Source of the DNA: Candidatus Eiseniibacteriota bacterium
GTDB lineage: Bacteria > Orphanbacterota > Orphanbacteria > Orphanbacterales > Orphanbacteraceae
NCBI GenBank assembly: GCA_043809585.1
Contig: JBDROZ010000052.1
Span: forward strand, 1 to 64,000
DNA length: 64,000 nucleotides
Direction: 5' to 3'
Positions 56,410 through 64,000 of the stretch are shown piece by piece. The position numbers were made by a program, and so were the translations under genes. The notes beneath the pieces were generated by a model. The model ran no database searches, was not told the origin of the DNA, and saw nothing but the letters and a program-made list of their open reading frames with translations. The first letter of the stretch is position 1; each line of letters opens with the position of its first letter.

Positions 56410-56438
56410 TTGATATGGGACTTCGCAAGTCCTATATT
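56410..56438 (+). promoter_or_regulatory. suf operon promoter with overlapping palindromic Rrf2 operator
   Basis: TTGATA-17 bp-TATATT; palindrome ATATGGGACTT-CGC-AAGTCCTATAT at 56413-56437 (one mismatch). Confidence 0.78.
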
Positions 56439-56458
56439 TGCGGCAGGAGATAGATAAG

Positions 56459-57015
56459 ATGTTTCGAATCACGAAACTCACCGACTACGGGGTCGTCCTC
56501 CTGACGAACCTCGCTCAGTGCTCCGATGAGGCGCCCCGGGGGGCGCGGGATCTGGCCGAAGAGGTCGGCCTGCCCCTCCCGACGGTGAGCAAGATCTTGA
56601 AGGCCCTCGCCCGGGGGGGGCTCCTCGAGTCCCACCGCGGGACGAAGGGGGGATACACCCTCACCCGGCCCCCCGAGGAGATATCGGTGGCGGAGATCAT
56701 CGCCGCCCTCGAAGGACCGATCGCCATCACCGAGTGCGTCGCCGCGGCGCCGGGAACGTGCGATCAAGAACCGCTCTGCTCCGTCCGGGCCAACTGGCAG
56801 ATGATCAACCGGACCGTGCACGGAGCACTCGACAAGATCACCCTGTCCCAGATGATCCGCCCGGCGCCCGACTTCGAGCGATGGCTCGAGATGAGCGCGC
56901 GGGGGGGCGGAGCCGGGGGATCGAAGGGCGTGGAATCGGAGAAGACCTGGGCACGCCCCCCCAAGACCGACGGGCCCCTCCCGGTGCGGGAAGGGGCGAA
57001 CAGGGAGTCGACCCG

Positions 57016-57019
<4 letters not shown>
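56459..57019 (+). CDS. Rrf2-family SUF system Fe-S cluster regulator
   Basis: [11 protein letters not shown], w[12 protein letters not shown], three Cys (EC...TC...LC). Confidence 0.92.
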
Positions 57020-58461
<1,442 letters not shown>

Positions 58462-58503
58462 ACCGGAACCGGCCGGCGGCCGGCGGGGAGAGGATAGAGA
58501 ACG

Positions 58504-59259
58504 ATGCTTGAGATCAAGAACCTGCACGCGAACGCGGGGGATACGCCGATCCTGAAGGGGATCGACCTCGACGTGAAGGCGGGCGAGGTCCACGCCATCA
58601 TGGGGCCGAACGGCTCGGGAAAGAGCACCCTGGCCGGCGTGCTCGCGGGCCGCGAGGAGTACGCGGTCACGAAGGGGGAGGTCCTCTTCGAGGGGAGAAA
58701 CCTGCTCGAGCTCTCACCGGAAGAGCGGGCCCGCGAGGGGATCTTCCTCGCCTTCCAGTACCCGGTGGAGATCCCGGGCGTGTCCAACACGTACTTCCTG
58801 AAGACCGCGCTGAACAGCATCCGGAAGCACCGGGGGGAAGGCGAACTGGACGCCATGGACTTTCTCGCCCTCGTGAAGGAGAGAATGAAACTTCTCCACA
58901 TGGACGAGGAACTGCTCCGCCGGCCCGTGAACGACGGGTTCTCGGGGGGCGAAAAGAAGAAGAACGAGATCTTCCAGATGGCGGTGCTCGACCCGAAGCT
59001 CGCTATCCTCGACGAGACCGACTCGGGACTCGACATCGACGCCCTCAAGGTCGTCGCGAACGGCGTGAACAGTCTAAGGAACGAGAAGCGGGCGGTCATC
59101 GTGGTCACTCACTACCAGCGGCTTCTGAACTTCATCGTCCCCGACCGGGTGCACGTTCTCGCGAAGGGGAAGATCGTCGCCTCGGGGGACAAGAGCCTCG
59201 CCCTCGAACTCGAGGAGAAGGGCTACTCCTGGATCGGCGAGCAGAGGGTGGGAGCGTGA
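58504..59259 (+). CDS. sufC: Fe-S assembly ATPase SufC
   Basis: GPNGSGKST, FQYPVEIPGV, FSGGEKK, LDETDSGLDIDAL. Confidence 0.97.
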   Translation: MLEIKNLHANAGDTPILKGIDLDVKAGEVHAIMGPNGSGKSTLAGVLAGREEYAVTKGEVLFEGRNLLELSPEERAREGIFLAFQYPVEIPGVSNTYFLKTALNSIRKHRGEGELDAMDFLALVKERMKLLHMDEELLRRPVNDGFSGGEKKKNEIFQMAVLDPKLAILDETDSGLDIDALKVVANGVNSLRNEKRAVIVVTHYQRLLNFIVPDRVHVLAKGKIVASGDKSLALELEEKGYSWIGEQRVGA

Positions 59260-60599
59260 TGAAGAGCGGGAACGAAGAGATTCGGAATTACGTCTCCCAC
59301 TACCAGGCCCTCGGCGGCGCCCGGAAGGGGACCGAATGGGCCGAGCCGATGCGGAAGCGGGCCCTCGCCCGGTTCTCGGAACTCGGTTTCCCCTCGCCGA
59401 AGGAGGAGGAGTGGCGGCACACGAACGTGGCGCCCCTCAAGAAGTATCCGTTCGGGCCGACCGGCGGCGCCCCCGCCTCCGCCGTGGACGGTTCCGCGGT
59501 TCGGGGCGGTCTCTTCGGGGACAAGGCGTCCGCGGAACTCGTCTTTCTGAACGGCCGGTTCGCGAAGGAGCTCTCCCGCACCGGTTCGCTCCCGGAGGGA
59601 GTGATCGTGGAGAGCCTCGGCGAAGCGATGGTCTCGCGCCGCCCGCTGGTGGAAGACCACCTCGGCCGCTACGCCGACTACGAGACCCGCAGCTTCGCCG
59701 CCCTGAACACCGCATTCCTCTCGGAGGGGGCCTTCATCCGTCTGCCGGAGAACGCCCGCCTCGAGGGGCCGGTCCACATTCTCCATCTCGCCCTCCCCGA
59801 GGAGGGGCCCTTCGTGGTCCATCCCCGGACCCTCGTGATCGCCGGTGCGGGGTCGGAGGCGTCGCTGATCGAGACCTACGCCGGCCCCGAGGGTTTCGCG
59901 TACTTCACGAACGCCGTCGCGGAGATCGCCGTGGGGGAGAGCGCGTCGATCCGCTACTACCGGGTGCAGCGGGAGGGGGAGGAGGCGTACCACATGGGCA
60001 CGATTCATGTGAGCCAGGAGCGGAGCAGCCGGTTCCGCTCCCTGAATCTCTCTTTCGGCGGGCGGATCGCCCGGACCGAGTCGAACGCGACCTTGGGCGG
60101 CGAGGGGATCGAGACGATCCTCGACGGGCTCTACGTCGGCCGGGGGGAGCAGCTGATCGACAACCACACGTCCATCGATCACGCCGAGCCCCGCTCGGAG
60201 AGCCACGAGCTGTACAAGGGGATCCTGACCGACCGGGCCCGGGGCGTCTTCCGCGGAAAGATCACGGTGCGCCGGGACGCCCAGAAGACCGACGCGAAGC
60301 AGACGAACCAAACGCTCCTCCTCTCCGATGAGGCGACGATCCACTCGAAACCCCAGCTCGAGATCTACGCGGACGACGTGAAGTGCACCCACGGGGCGAC
60401 CGTGGGCCAGCTCGATGCGGAAGCGGTCTTCTATCTTCGCTCCCGGGGCATCGACGAGGAGGCGGCGCGGACCATGCTGGTCTTCGCATTCGCGAGCGAC
60501 CTGGTCGGCCGGGTCGATTTCGTCCCCCTCCGGGAAAGTCTCGAGGATCTGCTCGTGAAACGGCTCCCCCTCGGTGAGAAGATCCGAGGTGCACGATGA
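59256..60599 (+). CDS. sufD: Fe-S assembly protein SufD
   Basis: EEWRHT, AQKTDAKQ, KPQLEIYADDVKCTHGATVG, FYLRSRGI. Confidence 0.95.
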   Translation: MMKSGNEEIRNYVSHYQALGGARKGTEWAEPMRKRALARFSELGFPSPKEEEWRHTNVAPLKKYPFGPTGGAPASAVDGSAVRGGLFGDKASAELVFLNGRFAKELSRTGSLPEGVIVESLGEAMVSRRPLVEDHLGRYADYETRSFAALNTAFLSEGAFIRLPENARLEGPVHILHLALPEEGPFVVHPRTLVIAGAGSEASLIETYAGPEGFAYFTNAVAEIAVGESASIRYYRVQREGEEAYHMGTIHVSQERSSRFRSLNLSFGGRIARTESNATLGGEGIETILDGLYVGRGEQLIDNHTSIDHAEPRSESHELYKGILTDRARGVFRGKITVRRDAQKTDAKQTNQTLLLSDEATIHSKPQLEIYADDVKCTHGATVGQLDAEAVFYLRSRGIDEEAARTMLVFAFASDLVGRVDFVPLRESLEDLLVKRLPLGEKIRGAR

Positions 60600-61864
60600 A
60601 TTCCCGAAGCGCCGCGGCGGCGGTTCGGAAGAAGCGGCCCCGTTTGAACTACGACGTGGAGAAAGTTCGCAACGACTTTCCCATCCTGAAGATGAGAATC
60701 AGGGGCAAACGCCTCGTCTTCTTGGACAACGCGGCGAGCACCCAGAAACCGACGGCCGTGATCGACGCCTACAACGTCTTCTACACCGGCTGCTACTCGA
60801 ACATCCACCGGGGTGTCTATCACCTCTCCGAGACGGCGACGAAGGCGTACGAGGACGCCCGGGAGAAGGTCCGCGTCTTCCTCGGCGCGGAGCGCGTGGA
60901 GGAGACGGTCTTCGTGCGGGGGACCACGGAGGGCATCAACCTCGTCGCGAGCAGCTGGGGCCGCCGAAACCTCCGGGAGGGGGACGAGGTGGTCGTTTCC
61001 TGGATGGAGCACCACTCGAACATCGTCCCTTGGCAGATGATCTGCGAGCAGACCGGCGCGAAGCTCCGGGTGGTGCCGATCAACGACCGGGGCGAGTTCA
61101 TGATGGACGAGTACGACAAGATTCTCGGCTCCAAAGTGAAGATGGTCGCCGTGAACCATGTCTCCAACGCCCTCGGAACGGTGAACCCGGTCCGCGAGAT
61201 CACCCGGAAGGCCCACGACGCGGGCGCCCGGGTACTCATCGACGGCGCCCAGGCCGTCGCCCACGCGGCGGTGGACGTAAAGGAAATCGGCTGCGACTTC
61301 TACGTCTTCTCCGGGCACAAGCTCTTCGGCCCGACCGGCATCGGCATCCTCTACGGCAGGATGGACCTCCTGGACGCCATGCCCCCCTACCAGGGGGGGG
61401 GCGACATGATCCGGTCCGTCTCGTTCGAGAAGACGACGTACAACTCCGTTCCCTACAAGTTCGAGGCGGGGACGCCGAACATCGCGGGCGCCATCGGGCT
61501 CGGCGCGGCGATCGACTACGTGACAGAGCTCGGCCTTCCGGCCATCGCCGAGTACGAGGAGGACCTGTTCGCTTACGCCACGGAGGCCGTGGCCGCCGTG
61601 CCCGGTCTCCGGATCATCGGGACCGCCCGGGAGAAGGTGAGCGTCATCTCTTTCATCCTCGAGGGAATGCATCCCCACGATATCGGGACCATCCTCGATC
61701 AGGAGGGGATCGCGATCCGGACCGGCCACCACTGCGCACAGCCGGTGATGGACCGCTTCGGAATCCCGGCGACCGCCCGCGCCTCTTTCGCGCTCTACAA
61801 CACGAAAGGGGAAGTGGACGCGCTCGTGAATGGACTGGAAAGAGTACGGGAGATCTTGAGCTGA
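60596..61864 (+). CDS. sufS: Cysteine desulfurase SufS
   Basis: LDNAAS, NIHRG, EHHSN, FSGHK, FEAGTP, RTGHHCA. Confidence 0.97.
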   Translation: MNSRSAAAAVRKKRPRLNYDVEKVRNDFPILKMRIRGKRLVFLDNAASTQKPTAVIDAYNVFYTGCYSNIHRGVYHLSETATKAYEDAREKVRVFLGAERVEETVFVRGTTEGINLVASSWGRRNLREGDEVVVSWMEHHSNIVPWQMICEQTGAKLRVVPINDRGEFMMDEYDKILGSKVKMVAVNHVSNALGTVNPVREITRKAHDAGARVLIDGAQAVAHAAVDVKEIGCDFYVFSGHKLFGPTGIGILYGRMDLLDAMPPYQGGGDMIRSVSFEKTTYNSVPYKFEAGTPNIAGAIGLGAAIDYVTELGLPAIAEYEEDLFAYATEAVAAVPGLRIIGTAREKVSVISFILEGMHPHDIGTILDQEGIAIRTGHHCAQPVMDRFGIPATARASFALYNTKGEVDALVNGLERVREILS

Positions 61865-62319
61865 TGTCCGACCTGCGCGAGTTGTACCAAGAGGTCATCA
61901 TCGATCACAGCAAGAAGCCGAGAAACTTCCGGAGGCCCGATGGCTTCAACCGGAAGGCCGAAGGGTACAACCCGCTCTGCGGGGACCGGTTCACGGTCTA
62001 CCTCAAGTTGGAGGAGGGCGTGATTCGGGACATCGGCTTCGAGGGCTCCGGGTGCGCCATCTCCACGGCGTCCGCTTCGATGATGACGGAAGACATAAAG
62101 GGCAAGCCCCGGGAGATGGCCCACCAGGTCTTTCACCGTTTTCACGATCTCGTGACCGGCGACCCGGCGGCGGCGGCCACCGAACCCCTCGGCCTCGGCA
62201 AGCTCGCCGCCTTCGCGGGGGTTCGGGAGTTCCCGGTTCGCGTGAAGTGCGCCACCCTCGCCTGGCACACCCTCGAGGCGGCCCTCGAGGGGAAGGACGA
62301 GGCGATCACCACCGAGTAG
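61864..62319 (+). CDS. sufU: SufU sulfurtransferase
   Basis: LYQEVIIDH, NPLCGD, GCAISTAS, RVKCATLAW. Confidence 0.94.
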   Translation: MSDLRELYQEVIIDHSKKPRNFRRPDGFNRKAEGYNPLCGDRFTVYLKLEEGVIRDIGFEGSGCAISTASASMMTEDIKGKPREMAHQVFHRFHDLVTGDPAAAATEPLGLGKLAAFAGVREFPVRVKCATLAWHTLEAALEGKDEAITTE

Positions 62320-62374
62320 CCGGAGCAGTTGCGGAATGAACTCGGGAATGAAGGCGGATCGGCTTCATACCGAT

Positions 62375-62401
62375 GTCATCCCCGCGTAGGCAGGGGATCC
62401 A
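62375..62401. repeat. Single REP/dRS3-like palindrome
   Basis: GTCATCCCCGCGTAGGCAGGGGATCCA, preceded by two GGAATGAA half-units. Confidence 0.5.
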
Positions 62402-62439
62402 TCCGGTTGAAAACCGGAAGAAGCGCGCAGGGGAGAGAA

Positions 62440-62769
62440 ATGACGAACGAACGCCCGGCGCCCTCCGCCGACATGGAAGAGAAGATCATCGACGCCCTCC
62501 GAACCGTTTTCGATCCGGAGATCCCCGTCAATATCTACGAGCTCGGGCTGGTGTACGAAGTGGACCTGAAGGAATCACCGGACGTGACCATCCGCATGAC
62601 CCTCACCTCGCCGAACTGCCCCGAGGCGGAGGCGATCCCCGGCCGGGTCCGGCGCGCGGTGGAGTCGGTCCCCGAGGTGGGGACCGCCGAGGTGGAGATC
62701 GTCTGGGAGCCGACCTGGACCCCCGAGATGATGTCCGAGGCGGCGAAGCTCGATCTGGGATTCATGTAA
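62440..62769 (+). CDS. sufT: DUF59/SufT Fe-S maturation protein
   Basis: DPEIPVNIYELGLVY, MTLTSPNCP, VWEPTWTPEMMSEAAKL. Confidence 0.92.
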   Translation: MTNERPAPSADMEEKIIDALRTVFDPEIPVNIYELGLVYEVDLKESPDVTIRMTLTSPNCPEAEAIPGRVRRAVESVPEVGTAEVEIVWEPTWTPEMMSEAAKLDLGFM

Positions 62770-62842
62770 CCGGGCTTGTTATAATTCATGGTTCCATAAC
62801 GAGTTGAAGCGGGGTTGGGTCGTCGGGTCCGCCTCTTTCTCC

Positions 62843-62871
62843 TTGTTCGGCCTCCGGGGCGGTCCTACAAT
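62843..62871 (+). promoter_or_regulatory. sigma70-type promoter for trkA
   Basis: TTGTTC-17 bp-TACAAT. Confidence 0.55.
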
Positions 62872-62908
62872 GGGCCTTTCCGCCAAGCGGGAAGGGTGGG
62901 ATCGTACC

Positions 62909-64000
62909 ATGAAGGTCATCATCGTCGGCGCCGGTGAGGTCGGATTCCACATCGCCAACCACCTCTCGAAGCAGAACCACGACATCGCCGTCATCGAACG
63001 GAGCCCCGAGAAGCACCGTTTCCTGAGAGACAAGGTGAACGCCCTCGTGGTGCTCGGCAGCGGTTCGAGCGCCGCGACCCTCGAGGAGGCGGGCGTGGAG
63101 AACGCGGACCTCTTCATTGCCGTCACCGATCAGGACGAAGTGAACCTCGTGGCCTGCCTGCTCGCTCGGGAGTACAACGTCCCCCGCCTCATCGCCCGGG
63201 TTCGGACCCTCGATTACGGCCGGGAGGACGGCAAGCTGAACGCCTCGAAGCTCGGCATCGATCTTCTCATCAATCCGGAGGCGGTGGTGGCCGGGGAGAT
63301 CTGCAAGATCGCCACCCATTCGCTCGCGACGGAGGTAGTGGAGTTCGCGGGGGGGCAGGTCCTCTTCATCGGCCTGAAGGTGACCGCCGAAAACCCGGTG
63401 GCGGGGGTCTCCCTCGCCGAGCTCGGCGAGATCCGGGGGCTTTACCGCCTGGTGGTGACCGCCATCTCCCGGGGGGAGAAGACGATCATCCCCCGGGGCG
63501 AGGACCGGATCCAGGAGGGGGACATCATCTACTACATGTGCAACCGGGAAGACCTCTCCTCGGTCGACTATCTCTTCGGCCTCGAGAAGAAGGAGACGAA
63601 GAGCGTCTTCATTCTCGGCGGCGGCCGGATCGGGTATCTCGTGGCGAGGACCCTCGCGGAGAGGGGGATTCACGTGAAGGTGATCGACCGGAATCCCGAC
63701 CACTGCCGCTCCATCGCCCAGGATCTCGAACACGTGCTGATCCTGAACACGGAGGGCACCGACGTGGACACGCTCGAGAACGAGGGGATCCGGGACGCCG
63801 ACGTCTACATCACCGTCACCCAGGACGACTCGGCGAACATCCTCTACTCGCTGCTCGCGAAGCAGCGGGGCGCGAAGCGGGCCGTGGCGCTCGTGAACCA
63901 TCCGGTGCTTCTCGCCCTCGCGCCGACCCTCGGCGTCGACGCGTGCATCAGCCCCCGTCTCGCGACGGCGGGCGAGATTCTCCGGTACGTGCGGAAAGGG
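62909..64000 (+). CDS. trkA: Trk K+ uptake NAD-binding subunit TrkA (runs off the window end)
   Basis: Not in the ORF track because there is no stop in the window. Manual translation gives MKVIIVGAGEVGFHIA..., TDQDEVN and a second RCK domain ILGGGRIG. Confidence 0.93.
   Translation, partial: MKVIIVGAGEVGFHIANHLSKQNHDIAVIERSPEKHRFLRDKVNALVVLGSGSSAATLEEAGVENADLFIAVTDQDEVNLVACLLAREYNVPRLIARVRTLDYGREDGKLNASKLGIDLLINPEAVVAGEICKIATHSLATEVVEFAGGQVLFIGLKVTAENPVAGVSLAELGEIRGLYRLVVTAISRGEKTIIPRGEDRIQEGDIIYYMCNREDLSSVDYLFGLEKKETKSVFILGGGRIGYLVARTLAERGIHVKVIDRNPDHCRSIAQDLEHVLILNTEGTDVDTLENEGIRDADVYITVTQDDSANILYSLLAKQRGAKRAVALVNHPVLLALAPTLGVDACISPRLATAGEILRYVRKG

Overview
High-GC bacterial chromosomal segment with about 45 real genes; most other ORFs in the track are GC-rich shadow frames. 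FlgD-Ig/T9SS-like C-terminal tails, an Ig plus dockerin-like tail and many multiheme cytochromes suggest an anaerobic FCB-group-type organism such as Eisenbacteria, Krumholzibacteriota or Latescibacterota (inference only). Main content: (1) secreted proteases (S8 subtilisin, tricorn S41), a DEAD helicase, Na/Pi symporter plus PhoU, NfnAB and SlyD. (2) A ~14.5 kb minus-strand electron-transfer cluster (18707-33241): Rieske, cytochrome b, 9-heme c, NapC-like 6-heme c, 9-heme lipoprotein, beta-barrel porin, 12-heme c, 6-heme lipoprotein, FG-GAP/FlgD protein and a 6-heme cytochrome with a FlgD/T9SS-like tail (48 heme motifs by manual count). This looks like a complete quinol-to-outside conduit. 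(3) dNK, endonuclease V, a DRG-type GTPase, an HEXXH-peptidase/propeller/barrel protein and a NYN protein. (4) A TolC-MFP-RND pump. (5) A fungal-type fused homoaconitase paired with a PrpD-family dehydratase, then pgi, glk and bcp. (6) An Rrf2-sufBCDSU-sufT operon with a palindromic operator inside its promoter, and a partial trkA. Intergenic DNA holds three interacting dispersed repeat families: two TTAA-flanked hairpin MITE-like elements (2 copies each) that nest in a third repeat (3 copies) and stack on each other. An empty-site copy within the window supports a 4-bp TTAA target duplication. No rRNA, tRNA, CRISPR array, transposase or integrase was seen.
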